Positions 50,363-60,437 of a DNA stretch of 64,000 nucleotides are shown here, piece after piece. This stretch comes from an uncultured delta proteobacterium. Its GTDB lineage: Bacteria > Desulfobacterota > Syntrophia > Syntrophales > UBA2185. The stretch is taken from the NCBI GenBank assembly GCA_963729715.1, contig CAVSPA010000012.1, positions 1 through 64,000 of the forward strand, given 5' to 3'. Every line of letters begins with the position of its first letter. Position 1 is the first letter of the stretch. The position numbers and the translations under genes were made by a program. The notes under the pieces are model-generated. The model had not been told where the DNA came from, did no database searches, and worked only from the letters and a program-made list of their open reading frames with translations.

Positions 50363-51532
50363 GTGAAAAAAATATATCTTGATAACGCAGCGACGACCCC
50401 GGCTGATGTGAAGGTATTGGAGGCCATGTTGCCCTTCTTTTCGCAGGTGTACGGGAATCCCTCAAGCCTCCATGCCTTCGGTCAGGAAGCCAAGCATGCC
50501 ATCGAGGAGGCGCGGCACATCACTGCTCAGTTCATCGGCACCAGTGAGGAAGAAATTATTTTTACCAGTGGGGGAACGGAAAGCAATAATTCTGCGATCA
50601 AGGGCGTAGCCTGCGCGAGACGCGATAAGGGGAATCACATCATAACCTCGCGAATAGAGCACCATGCAATCCTCGAAACATGCCATTTTCTCGAAAAACA
50701 CGGGTTTCATGTGACCTATATCCCTGTCGATGAATTTGGCTTGGTTGATCCTGCCGATGTGAAAAAGGCGATTACGGGAAAGACGATCCTAATCTCTATC
50801 ATGCACGCCAATAATGAGATAGGAACAATCGAGCCGATTGCTGAGATCGGTAAAATTGCAAGAAAGAAAGGCATATATTTTCATACCGACGCCGTTCAGT
50901 CTTTCGGTCACCTCCCGATAGATATCGGCGAACTGAACGCGGATCTCCTCAGCGCCTCCGGGCATAAGCTGTATGGACCAAAGGGTGTGGGGATCCTATA
51001 CGTCAGGAAAGGCATACGCATGCTTCCCTTTATGCATGGCGGTGATCAGGAACAGCGCCGCCGTGCATCGACCCACAACGTGCCGGGGATCGTCGGTTTT
51101 GGAAAGGCTGTGGAACTGGCAAAGGAAGAGATGGCAAGAGAGATCGAGCGACTGACTCTGCTCCGTGATAAACTGATCAAGGGCATTCTTGAGAAAATTA
51201 AACATGCGCGTTTGAACGGGCACCCGAAAGAGAGGCTCCCGAATAACGTCAATGTTTCTATTTCATATGTGGAAGGCGAATCCATGCTGTTGAATCTTGA
51301 CATGGAGGGGATCGCCTGTTCAACAGGCTCTGCCTGTACTTCATCGTCTCTGGAGCCTTCGCATGTGCTCGCGGCTATTGGGCTTTCCCATGAGCTTGGC
51401 CATGGGTCTCTGAGATTTTCCCTGGGTAGACTGACCTCGGAGGAAGACATAGATTACGTCCTCAAAGTCCTACCCGGCATTGTCCGCAAACTGCGCGCTA
51501 TGTCACCTCTGTACAAGAAGGAGTTTAAATAA
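50363..51532 (+). CDS. iscS: Cysteine desulfurase IscS/NifS
   Basis: Motifs YLDNAATT, FTSGGTESNN, SGHKLYGPKG and STGSACTS. Confidence 0.97.
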   Translation: MKKIYLDNAATTPADVKVLEAMLPFFSQVYGNPSSLHAFGQEAKHAIEEARHITAQFIGTSEEEIIFTSGGTESNNSAIKGVACARRDKGNHIITSRIEHHAILETCHFLEKHGFHVTYIPVDEFGLVDPADVKKAITGKTILISIMHANNEIGTIEPIAEIGKIARKKGIYFHTDAVQSFGHLPIDIGELNADLLSASGHKLYGPKGVGILYVRKGIRMLPFMHGGDQEQRRRASTHNVPGIVGFGKAVELAKEEMAREIERLTLLRDKLIKGILEKIKHARLNGHPKERLPNNVNVSISYVEGESMLLNLDMEGIACSTGSACTSSSLEPSHVLAAIGLSHELGHGSLRFSLGRLTSEEDIDYVLKVLPGIVRKLRAMSPLYKKEFK

Positions 51533-51945
51533 TGGAGTACAGTGAAAAGGTAATGGAGCATTTTAGAAATCCAAGAAATGTCGGTGAAATTGAAAATCCC
51601 GATGGGGTCGGAAGGGTGGGGAACCCCGTGTGCGGCGATATTATGGAACTCTATATAACGATTAAAGATGGTGTTATTACAGACGCGAAGTTCAAGACCT
51701 TCGGCTGCGGCGCCGCCATTGCCACAAGCTCGATGGTCACGGAACTGGTAAAGAATAAGACGATTGATGAGGCTTTGAAAATCTCCAACCGGGCCGTAGC
51801 GGATGCCTTGGGTGGACTGCCGCCCATCAAGATGCACTGCTCGGTCCTAGCGGAGGAGGCGCTCAAAAAAGCCCTTGATCATTACCGCGCGCGAGCTTCA
51901 CTGCCGACGTCCGGCAAGCAGCATAAGAAATTGCAGATTGGATGA
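51532..51945 (+). CDS. iscU: Fe-S scaffold IscU/NifU-N
   Basis: Motifs HFRNPRNVG, GNPVCGD, FGCGAAIA and LPPIKMHCS. Confidence 0.97.
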   Translation: MEYSEKVMEHFRNPRNVGEIENPDGVGRVGNPVCGDIMELYITIKDGVITDAKFKTFGCGAAIATSSMVTELVKNKTIDEALKISNRAVADALGGLPPIKMHCSVLAEEALKKALDHYRARASLPTSGKQHKKLQIG

Positions 51946-53024
51946 AGCACTTGGGTAAGATGACTAGAAAAGTCTTGGTGGCCATGAGCGGCGGCGTCGA
52001 TTCGTCCGTTGCGGCCATGATTATGAAAAATGAAGGGTACGACGTAGCCGGTGTTACCATGTGTCTCGGCATCAGAGACGCAGGGGATAGTGTCAGGTGC
52101 TGTGGCTCTGCCGCCGTCGATGATGCGAAGAGGGTTTGTAACCGGCTCAAAATCCCGCACTATGTCTTCGATTATGCCGAAGAGCTTGAGGAAAAAGTAA
52201 TTGCAAGATTCGTGGGTGAGTATCTGAGAGGAAGGACGCCGAACCCCTGCGTAGACTGCAACCGTTACCTCAAATTCGGGAGTCTTCTGGAAAAAGCAAA
52301 GGTTCTCGGGTTTGATTTTCTTGCCACTGGACATTACGCGGCCATTGAACGAAACGAGGAAGGTTTGCATCTGAAAAAGCCCCGGGACAGGAGGAAGGAT
52401 CAAACTTATTTCCTGTATCCCATTCCCTATGCCGGCCTCGGGTCCATATTGTTTCCTCTCGCATCCCTGACGAAAGAGGAAGTCAGGAAGATGGCAACGG
52501 AGGCTGCGTTGCCTGTTGCTCAAAAAGAGGAGAGCCAAGACATCTGTTTTGTGACGCAAAAAAATTATCAGGCGTTTCTGTTGGAAAGGGTGCAGGATTT
52601 GAAGGCCGGTCCCGTTTTGGATATGCAAGGGAATGTATTGGGCGAGCACAAGGGGATCATATTTTATACGATAGGCCAGCGGGGTGGCCTGGGTATCAGT
52701 AGTAGAATACCCCGATACGTTGTCTCCATAGATCATGAGAATAATAGCATCGTCATAGGCGGAAAGAATGACCTGAAGGCGAAAGGGCTTGTTGCCGGAG
52801 GTTTGAATATGCTTGCTGAGACCTGGCCAAGCCTCGTTTTCGCCAAGGTCAGATACAGGAAGAAAGAGGCGCCCTGCGCGGTAACTCTCGAGAGCGACAG
52901 TGTCTGCGTGACATTTGCAGAAGAGCAGGAGGCAATCACCCCGGGCCAGTCCGTTGTCTTCTATGCGGATGACCGTGTTCTGGGGGGGGGAATTATTGAA
53001 GAGGTTTTGCATGGAACTTGTTGA
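51942..53024 (+). CDS. mnmA: tRNA 2-thiouridylase MnmA
   Basis: Motifs MSGGVDSS, TPNPCVDCN, ATGHYA, KDQTYFL, SQDICF and TPGQS. ATG 51960 is an alternative start. Confidence 0.97.
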   Translation: MKHLGKMTRKVLVAMSGGVDSSVAAMIMKNEGYDVAGVTMCLGIRDAGDSVRCCGSAAVDDAKRVCNRLKIPHYVFDYAEELEEKVIARFVGEYLRGRTPNPCVDCNRYLKFGSLLEKAKVLGFDFLATGHYAAIERNEEGLHLKKPRDRRKDQTYFLYPIPYAGLGSILFPLASLTKEEVRKMATEAALPVAQKEESQDICFVTQKNYQAFLLERVQDLKAGPVLDMQGNVLGEHKGIIFYTIGQRGGLGISSRIPRYVVSIDHENNSIVIGGKNDLKAKGLVAGGLNMLAETWPSLVFAKVRYRKKEAPCAVTLESDSVCVTFAEEQEAITPGQSVVFYADDRVLGGGIIEEVLHGTC

Positions 53025-53913
53025 AAAAATCAACCGATTACGAAAAGAGAGAAACGCCGTCATACTGGCGCATAATTATCAGATCCCCGAGGTTCAGGAT
53101 ATCGCGGACTATGTCGGAGATTCGCTCGGGCTGAGCATCCAGGCGTCAAAGACTCCTGCCAATGTCATTGTATTCTGCGGCGTCTATTTCATGGCGGAGA
53201 CGGCGAAGATTCTTTCACCGGAAAAGACCGTTCTCATCCCGGATGCGAATGCGGGCTGTCCCATGGCGGATATGATCACAGCCGAAGAGCTCCGGAAACT
53301 GAAGCGGGAACATCCTCATGCGAAGGTTCTCTGCTACGTGAACACAACGGCTGATGTCAAAGCCGAGTGTGATGTGTGCTGCACCTCAGGGAATGCGGAG
53401 CGGATAGTGCGGGAGGCTTTTCGGAGTGATGACGAGATAATTTTTGCTCCGGATCAGTATTTAGCTCATAACATATCGACACGAGTTGGAAGGGACTTTA
53501 TTTCCTGGAAGGGCTACTGCCCGACGCACGTGAAGATACTGCCCGAAGATATCGCCAGGAAAAGGCTTCTTTATCCTGACGCCGAGGTCATGGTGCATCC
53601 GGAATGCACACCGTCTATCACCGAGTTGGCTGACAAGGTTGTCTCGACGGAGGGCATGATGAGGCATGCTAAGGAAACAAAGACGCGGGAATTTATTATA
53701 GGGACGGAAATAGGTATTCTCCACCGTCTGAAAAAGGAAAATCCCGATAAATCTTTCTATCCTGTATCTGAACGGGCTGCCTGTCCGAATATGAAACTGA
53801 CGACACTGGAGAAGGTATTGTGGGCTCTGGAGGGAATGCAGTACGAAGTTACCGTGCCTGAGGAAATAATCAGGAGAGCGAAAAGCAGCCTTCAGATAAT
53901 GCTTGATCATTAG
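53011..53913 (+). CDS. nadA: Quinolinate synthase NadA
   Basis: Motifs ILAHNYQ, FCGVYFMAE, AGCPMA, YVNT, HPEC and CPNMK. Confidence 0.97.
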   Translation: MELVEKINRLRKERNAVILAHNYQIPEVQDIADYVGDSLGLSIQASKTPANVIVFCGVYFMAETAKILSPEKTVLIPDANAGCPMADMITAEELRKLKREHPHAKVLCYVNTTADVKAECDVCCTSGNAERIVREAFRSDDEIIFAPDQYLAHNISTRVGRDFISWKGYCPTHVKILPEDIARKRLLYPDAEVMVHPECTPSITELADKVVSTEGMMRHAKETKTREFIIGTEIGILHRLKKENPDKSFYPVSERAACPNMKLTTLEKVLWALEGMQYEVTVPEEIIRRAKSSLQIMLDH

Positions 53914-53962
53914 ACCAAAGACATAAGAACTGGAAACGGTGTTATCAAGAAAATAGAAAAAG

Positions 53963-54238
53963 ATGAACTGTTGGGAATTTAAGAAATGCGGGCGTGAAGC
54001 GGGTGGTCTAAATGCGAAAGTAAATGGCGTGTGCCCAGCATATCCAGACCATGGAAGGAAATGTGCACGAGTGGCTGGTACATTATGCGGAGGACAAGTC
54101 CAGGGTACATTTGCCATGAAGTTATTAGGCTGTATAAAGTGCGATTTTTTTCAGAGCCGGCACTACGACCGTTCTTACAAGAAAAATAATACTGCCTTCC
54201 ATCCCTCCCCTTCCGCAAGGGGAGGGGAGGATTCTTAG
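53963..54238 (+). CDS. Small Cys-rich two-CW-domain-like protein
   Basis: NCWEFKKCGRE..CPA...C.RVAGTLCGG.VQGTFA.K...C..CDFF. Confidence 0.8.
   Translation: MNCWEFKKCGREAGGLNAKVNGVCPAYPDHGRKCARVAGTLCGGQVQGTFAMKLLGCIKCDFFQSRHYDRSYKKNNTAFHPSPSARGGEDS
54203..54226. repeat. GC-rich REP-like hairpin
   Basis: CCCTCCCCTT-CCGC-AAGGGGAGGG, a perfect 10-bp stem. Confidence 0.7.
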
Positions 54239-54247
54239 GGAAAGTAT

Positions 54248-55015
54248 ATGGAACCGTTTGACATTACTATCATAAGAAAAGGTATTCGGGAGAAAGTTTC
54301 CCGACGTGTCTCGGAGGAGATTCCCCTTACCATAGAGGTGAACGGGAACGAACTCGTCACATTGCTCTCGAGCCCGGGGGACCTGGAAAACCTCGTGTAC
54401 GGTTTTCTTTTTAACTCGGGCTTTATTGAAGAAGCCAGTGACGTCAAGAGTCTGATCATTGACCGCGATCGGTGGAAAGGGGCCGTGAAGCTTGCCCGGG
54501 AGGGCATATCTGAAGAGATGCTCTTCAAGAGGATATATACCTCCGGCTGCGGTAAGGGAGTCATATTTCACAATCCCCTGGATGTGATGAACAGGGTGCG
54601 GCTCCCCGATGGATTTACAGTGGATTACAAGAAGATCGAGGAATTCATGGGAATGTTTCAAACGAAATCTCCCGAGCATAAGGAAACGCGAGGCGTGCAC
54701 AGCAGCGCCCTTGCGGACGGCAACGATATTCTTATCTTCCGCGACGATATAGGCAGGCACAACGCGATCGATAAGGTTATAGGTGAAGCCCTGTGCCGGG
54801 GACTTGAGCTTGAAAACAAGATGATCTTAACGAGCGGCCGCGTGTCCTCGGAGATCTTATCCAAGCTGCTGCGGTGCCGGATACCGATAATCGTGGCCGC
54901 AGGAGCGCCGACCAACCAGGCCGTAAAACTGGCAAAAAACGTTAATCTGACTGTTGTCGGTCTCGCACGGGGAAGTATAATGTGCATCTTCAGCGGCGAG
55001 GAGAGAATCGTCTAA
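54248..55015 (+). CDS. fdhD: Formate dehydrogenase accessory sulfurtransferase FdhD
   Basis: Motifs E.PLTI.VNG, SGCGKG, T.GVH..AL, DIGRHNAIDK.IG and SGRVSSE. Confidence 0.93.
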   Translation: MEPFDITIIRKGIREKVSRRVSEEIPLTIEVNGNELVTLLSSPGDLENLVYGFLFNSGFIEEASDVKSLIIDRDRWKGAVKLAREGISEEMLFKRIYTSGCGKGVIFHNPLDVMNRVRLPDGFTVDYKKIEEFMGMFQTKSPEHKETRGVHSSALADGNDILIFRDDIGRHNAIDKVIGEALCRGLELENKMILTSGRVSSEILSKLLRCRIPIIVAAGAPTNQAVKLAKNVNLTVVGLARGSIMCIFSGEERIV

Positions 55016-55166
55016 CAAACTGATTCATTGCTCTGATGCGGCAATCAAATATGCGTCATACCGGACGCAATCAGGTATCGAGTCTGGCATGAGTTGCCTC
55101 TCCCCATCAATCGCTGCGATATTTAATTGCCGTTTCCTAACACGATGACATGAAAGGTGAGATGAC

Positions 55167-56459
55167 ATGAGTAAGATCGACACAAAATTGAAAATTGAAA
55201 CCCTGGCCCTGCACGGCGGCCAGGAAGCGGACCCGACGACGGGAGCGCGGGCTGTCCCCATTTACCAGACAACTTCTTATCAATTCAAGAATACGGAACA
55301 CGCCGCCAATCTTTTTGGCTTGAAGGAGTCCGGCAATATTTATGTGCGGCTGATGAATCCCACAACAGATGTTCTGGAGAACCGGATGGCGCTTCTGGAT
55401 GGCGGCGTCGGTGCTCTGGCGGTCGCGAGCGGCCAGTCGGCAATCACCCTGGCGCTCCTCAATATCGCACAGGCAGGCGATGAGATTGTTTCGGCTGATA
55501 ACCTTTACGGGGGGACATACAACCTCTTTCATTATACCTTTCCCCGTTTAGGGATAAATGTCCATTTCGTCAAATCAAACGACCTCGCTGCTTTCGAGAG
55601 AGCAATTACTCCGCGGACGAAGGCCATTTACGCGGAGTCTATTGGCAATCCGAAGCTTGATGTAGCGGATCTCGAAGGCATGTCCGGCGTTGCGCATAAG
55701 AAGGGCATTCCCTTTGTCCTGGATAATACCGTGTCACCATATCTCCTGCGCCCCATTGATTTCGGGGTTGATATTGTCGTCTATTCGGCAACCAAATTCA
55801 TCGGAGGTCACGGGACATCCCTTGGCGGCATAATTGTAGACTCAGGGAAGTTTGACTGGACGGGGGGAAAGTTTCCTCTTATTGACGGGCCTGATCCGAG
55901 CTATCACGGGATTGATTTTGTGGAAGTTCTGAAGCCCAGGGGAAATATTGCCTATATTATGAAGGCGCGGGTCTGTCTGCTGCGTGACCTGGGACCGGCG
56001 CTCTCACCGTTTAATGCCTTCTTGTTTCTGCAGGGGCTGGAGACTATCCATTTGCGTATGCCGCGCCATTCCGAGAATGCCCTGGTCGTGGCGGGGTATC
56101 TCGAAAAACATCCGAAGGTCGCCTGGGTCAATTATCCGGGGCTTAAGTCCAGTCCGGAAAGGGGAAGAGCTGCCAAGTATCTGCCTAAAGGTGCGGGGGC
56201 GATTCTCGGATTCGGGGTCAGAGGCGGTTTAGAGGCAGGCAAGAAATTTATCGATTCGTTGCAACTCATATCACACCTGGCAAACGTGGGAGATGCAAAG
56301 ACCCTGGCCATCCATCCGGCGACGACGACGCACCAGCAGCTCTCGGTGGAGGAACAGTTGGCAACGGGCGTGACGCAAGATTTTATTCGCTTGTCTGTGG
56401 GCCTGGAGCATGTTGACGACATTATCGCCGATATCGATCAGTCCCTGGCAAAGATATAA
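55167..56459 (+). CDS. metY: O-acetylhomoserine sulfhydrylase
   Basis: Motifs [27 protein letters not shown] and [19 protein letters not shown]. Confidence 0.95.
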   Translation: MSKIDTKLKIETLALHGGQEADPTTGARAVPIYQTTSYQFKNTEHAANLFGLKESGNIYVRLMNPTTDVLENRMALLDGGVGALAVASGQSAITLALLNIAQAGDEIVSADNLYGGTYNLFHYTFPRLGINVHFVKSNDLAAFERAITPRTKAIYAESIGNPKLDVADLEGMSGVAHKKGIPFVLDNTVSPYLLRPIDFGVDIVVYSATKFIGGHGTSLGGIIVDSGKFDWTGGKFPLIDGPDPSYHGIDFVEVLKPRGNIAYIMKARVCLLRDLGPALSPFNAFLFLQGLETIHLRMPRHSENALVVAGYLEKHPKVAWVNYPGLKSSPERGRAAKYLPKGAGAILGFGVRGGLEAGKKFIDSLQLISHLANVGDAKTLAIHPATTTHQQLSVEEQLATGVTQDFIRLSVGLEHVDDIIADIDQSLAKI

Positions 56460-56475
56460 TTTGAAGGAGGCAATT

Positions 56476-57402
56476 ATGGGCAACATATATTCAGATATCA
56501 CGAAGACGATAGGAAGGACTCCCCTGGTGAGACTCAACAGGATGCAGGCAGGGTCGAAGGTGGATATTGTAGTGAAGATCGAATCCTTCAATCCGCTTTC
56601 CAGCGTGAAGGACAGAATCGGCGTTTCCATGATCGAGGCGGCGGAGAAAGCGGGTCTTATTAAAAATGATACGGTCATCATCGAACCGACAAGCGGAAAC
56701 ACGGGGATTGCCCTTGCCTTTGTGTGTGCAGCCAAAGGATACAAGCTCATTCTTACGATGCCCGAGACGATGAGCATGGAGAGACGGCAGTTGCTGACTA
56801 TCCTGGGAGCGGAGCTGGTGCTGACGGAAGGGGCTAAAGGAATGAAGGGCGCCGTGGATAGAGCGGAGGAACTGGCAAAGGAATATAAGAACAGCTTCGT
56901 ACCTCAGCAGTTCAAAAATCCTGCTAATCCTGAGATTCACCGACGCACAACGGCGGAGGAGATCTGGCAGGATACGGACGGCAAGGTTGATTATATTGTC
57001 TCAGGAATAGGGACCGGCGGGACAATTACCGGCATCGGTGAGGCGTTGAAAAAAAGAAAGCCGTCGGTGAAGATGATTGCCGTTGAACCGGCGGATTCAC
57101 CGGTGCTGTCAGGAGGAAAACCCGGTCCCCACAAGATTCAGGGGATTGGCGCGGGGTTCGTACCGGATGTGCTGAACAGGAATGTGATGGACGAAATCAT
57201 CCAGGTGTCCCATGAGAATGCGGGAGAAATAGCCAGACGCCTGGCGAAGGAAGAGGGTATACTTGTGGGAATATCGAGCGGCGCGGCCATGTGGGCCGCG
57301 CTCACGGTGGCGAAAAGGAAAGAGGCGGAAGGCAAGATGATCGTGGTCATTTTTCCCGATAGCGGGGAGAGGTATCTCTCGACGTGGCTGTTCCAAAAAT
57401 AG
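56476..57402 (+). CDS. cysK: Cysteine synthase A
   Basis: Motifs [30 protein letters not shown] and ERYLST; SD AAGGAGG. Confidence 0.97.
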   Translation: MGNIYSDITKTIGRTPLVRLNRMQAGSKVDIVVKIESFNPLSSVKDRIGVSMIEAAEKAGLIKNDTVIIEPTSGNTGIALAFVCAAKGYKLILTMPETMSMERRQLLTILGAELVLTEGAKGMKGAVDRAEELAKEYKNSFVPQQFKNPANPEIHRRTTAEEIWQDTDGKVDYIVSGIGTGGTITGIGEALKKRKPSVKMIAVEPADSPVLSGGKPGPHKIQGIGAGFVPDVLNRNVMDEIIQVSHENAGEIARRLAKEEGILVGISSGAAMWAALTVAKRKEAEGKMIVVIFPDSGERYLSTWLFQK

Positions 57403-57417
57403 CAGGTGGTTTTTTAG

Positions 57418-58590
57418 ATGACGGAAACAGGAAATAAGACAGATAAAGATAATTCCGTAGGCGTTGTGGAAACGCAGCATTATACTTATGCCGGACCGGG
57501 CAAGGAACATAAACTTGAAAGCGGGGAAAAACTGGGACCGATCACTCTCGCTTATGAGACATACGGAAAGTTGAACAGGGAGAAGACGAATGCGATATTG
57601 GCGCTGCACTCCCTTTCCGGGGATGCCCATGCGGCGGGCGTTCACAGTGGTCAGGGCAATAAAGGCTGGTGGGATGACATGATCGGGCCAGGAAAGGCCT
57701 TCGATACAGACAGGTATTTTGTCATCTGCTCGAATGTCATCGGAGGCTGCAAAGGATCGACTGGTCCCTCTTCGATGAACGAGGCTACGGGTAAGCCTTA
57801 TGCCCTGGACTTTCCCTTTATAACAGTAGCCGACATGGTCCATGCCCAGAGACATCTGATGGATTTTATCGGAATTGAAAAACTGCTGTGCGTGACTGGC
57901 GGCTCAATGGGCGGCATGCAGGTTCTTCAGTGGGTTGCCTCTTACCCGGAGCGGGTGAGGTCTGCCATCCCTATTGCCACGACACTTAAACATTCTCCCC
58001 AGCAGATTGCCTTCAACGAGGTGGTAAGACAGTCCATCATGGCTGATCCCGCGTGGCGCGAGGGGAACTACTATGAATATGGCCAGCCGGAAAAAGGGCT
58101 GGCGGTGGCGCGCATGATCGGTCATATCACCTTCATGAGCGATCAATCAATGGAGGAGAAGTTTTCACGGCGGTTGAAGAGCGGGCGTTTCAGCTTCGGA
58201 TTTGACGCCGATTTTGAGGTAGAAGGTTATCTGCACTACCGCGGTGCGAACTTCGTGAAGCGCTTCGATGCCAATTCATATCTCTATATCACGAAGGCGA
58301 TAGATTACTTCGATCTCTCTGGAGGCAAGTTGATACCGGCCGGAAAAGCGATTGATACGCGCTTCCTGGTCATTTCTTTTAAGTCGGACTGGCTCTATCC
58401 ATCCTATCAGTCGCAGGAGATAGTGCGGCTGTTGAAAAGGAGGCGTGTCGACGCAACATACTGCGAACTCCGCACCACTTATGGACATGATGCCTTTCTG
58501 GTTGAAGTGGAGGAGCAGACAACCCTGATAAAGCATTTTCTCGACAAGACATTCAATGGTTATCTGGTGGTGAGTGATCATGGCATCTAA
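57418..58590 (+). CDS. metX: Homoserine O-acyltransferase MetX
   Basis: Motifs [22 protein letters not shown] and GHDAFL. Confidence 0.96.
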   Translation: MTETGNKTDKDNSVGVVETQHYTYAGPGKEHKLESGEKLGPITLAYETYGKLNREKTNAILALHSLSGDAHAAGVHSGQGNKGWWDDMIGPGKAFDTDRYFVICSNVIGGCKGSTGPSSMNEATGKPYALDFPFITVADMVHAQRHLMDFIGIEKLLCVTGGSMGGMQVLQWVASYPERVRSAIPIATTLKHSPQQIAFNEVVRQSIMADPAWREGNYYEYGQPEKGLAVARMIGHITFMSDQSMEEKFSRRLKSGRFSFGFDADFEVEGYLHYRGANFVKRFDANSYLYITKAIDYFDLSGGKLIPAGKAIDTRFLVISFKSDWLYPSYQSQEIVRLLKRRRVDATYCELRTTYGHDAFLVEVEEQTTLIKHFLDKTFNGYLVVSDHGI

Positions 58591-59191
58591 CGACATCCGT
58601 CTCGACCACAGCATAATTTATTCTATCATCGAGCCCAAGTCCCGGGTGCTTGACCTGGGATGCGGCGAGGGTGACCTTCTCTATCCCCTTGTCAGGGATA
58701 AACAGGTTCGGGCTCAGGGCATCGAGCTCGATGACAAGGCCATTCAGGAGTGTGTCAAAAAGGGATTGAGTGTTTTTCACGATGATATTGAACACAGCTT
58801 GCGTGAATATCCGGATAATTGTTTTGACTATGTGATTCTGAACCAGAGCATGCAGGAGGTTAAGCACGTTGACTTCGTCATCCATGAAGCCCTGCGCATC
58901 GGGAGCAAAGTCATTGTCGGGTTTCCAAACTTTGCTTTCCTCCGATCCCGATTCATGCTTTTTTTCCTGGGGAAGTCGCCGATCACAAAGTCGCTTCCTT
59001 ATCTCTGGTTTGATACGCCCAATGTCCGTTTCTTGAGCATTGATGATTTCAAGTATTTTTGTGCGGAAAAAAATATCCGGATCATAGAAGCCAATTATCT
59101 GGGGGAAAGAAAAGTCGTCCATTTCTGGCCTAATCTATTGGCATTGAATGCTGTCTTTGTTTTGGAGAAAGAAATTACGGAAGAATCGTGA
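58580..59191 (+). CDS. metW: Methionine biosynthesis protein MetW
   Basis: Motifs [21 protein letters not shown] and PY.WFDTPN; follows metX. Confidence 0.93.
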   Translation: MASNDIRLDHSIIYSIIEPKSRVLDLGCGEGDLLYPLVRDKQVRAQGIELDDKAIQECVKKGLSVFHDDIEHSLREYPDNCFDYVILNQSMQEVKHVDFVIHEALRIGSKVIVGFPNFAFLRSRFMLFFLGKSPITKSLPYLWFDTPNVRFLSIDDFKYFCAEKNIRIIEANYLGERKVVHFWPNLLALNAVFVLEKEITEES

Positions 59192-59282
59192 AGCCGCATG
59201 GAGCGATTTAAGATTGGGCAGTTCGCGAATTTTCTGATACGATGAAAAAAATAGATATCGTAATTGCTGGAGACTTGGAAAG

Positions 59283-59723
59283 ATGAAAGAGGGCAAGGTT
59301 TTGTCCGTGAATATTTCCCAGGCGAAGGGCGAAAAAAAACATAATATCGGTTGCAGTCTGTTGCTGGTGGACCATGGTTTGAAAGATGATGCCCATGTAG
59401 GTTTCTGGATCCGGCAGGTCAGCCTGCTGGCTATGGAAAGCATCGAAAAGATCAGACAGAAGGGCCTCGATGTACAATACGGTGATTTCGCCGAAAATCT
59501 AACCACGGAGGGTATCGATCTTCCCTCTCTCCATGTCGGCACGTGGTTGAAAGTGGGAACTGAAGTCCTTCTGGAAGTCACACAAATCGGCAAGGTCTGT
59601 CATGAACGGTGCAACATCTTTTATGCAGTCGGTGACTGCGTCATGCCCCGGGAGGGGATCTTTGCGAAAGTCTTGATTGGCGGCGAGGTACGGGTGGGTG
59701 ATCAGATAGAGTTTGCCAAATAG
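59283..59723 (+). CDS. MOSC-domain protein
   Basis: Motifs GL..DAH, RQVSLL, GDFAENL, TQIGK.CH..C.I and CVMPREG. Confidence 0.92.
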   Translation: MKEGKVLSVNISQAKGEKKHNIGCSLLLVDHGLKDDAHVGFWIRQVSLLAMESIEKIRQKGLDVQYGDFAENLTTEGIDLPSLHVGTWLKVGTEVLLEVTQIGKVCHERCNIFYAVGDCVMPREGIFAKVLIGGEVRVGDQIEFAK

Positions 59724-60047
59724 GTGGATGATATAATCATCTAACAAGTGATGACGGGTCATTAGAATCGGCCGCTTCCCGTCAGTAAGGATTTTCGAAG
59801 TCATAAATCAGAATATCCCTGATCGTAATTCGCTCCATTATAAATTATTATAATAAACAATCCTAAATTATAGGTGGGAGATCGCCTATTCTTGCCGGGA
59901 GGCTGAAACCATTGATCAGTATCCCAAACACTAAGGCCAATTCCGTGACGTTGGAAAATAATATAATGGTGAAATTGTTGGTGACGTAAATTTGCCTTTG
60001 GCAAGACAGGAATGCAGGAAACAAGTTTAATGAAGAAGGAGGGGTTT

Positions 60048-60437
60048 ATGAAAAAGGTCACAGTAGTTCTGGCTATTCTGTTCTTAGCATGCGGACTGGC
60101 CTTTGCGAAAGATTACACGGTTACAAAGAAGGCGGGTCCTTATACGGTTCTTGTAAGAATGGACAAGAATCCCCCGATTGCCGGCGAGAATAATATAGTA
60201 ATAAGTATACAGGATGCTGCCGGCGCTGACGTTGTTGATGCGGCTGTCATGGTCGAATACTCCATGCCCGCTATGCCCGGGATGCCGGCGATGAATTACA
60301 AGACTAAAACTGACGCAAAGAGCAAAAAATATGTGGCAACCGTTGATTTTTCCATGTCAGGCGCATGGAGCATAAATGTCAAAGTCACACGCGCCGGAAA
60401 GACGCAGTCGGTAAAATTTAATGTGGACGTCAGCTAA
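60048..60437 (+). CDS. FixH/YtkA-like periplasmic Met-rich protein
   Basis: Signal peptide, SMPAMPGMPAM and FSMSGAW; first gene of the RND operon. Confidence 0.8.
   Translation: MKKVTVVLAILFLACGLAFAKDYTVTKKAGPYTVLVRMDKNPPIAGENNIVISIQDAAGADVVDAAVMVEYSMPAMPGMPAMNYKTKTDAKSKKYVATVDFSMSGAWSINVKVTRAGKTQSVKFNVDVS

Noticed and set aside
55010..55140. GTCTAAC at the fdhD stop resembling an integron attC R'' site
   Set aside because: No complementary GTTRRRY within range, no integrase, and a housekeeping context.
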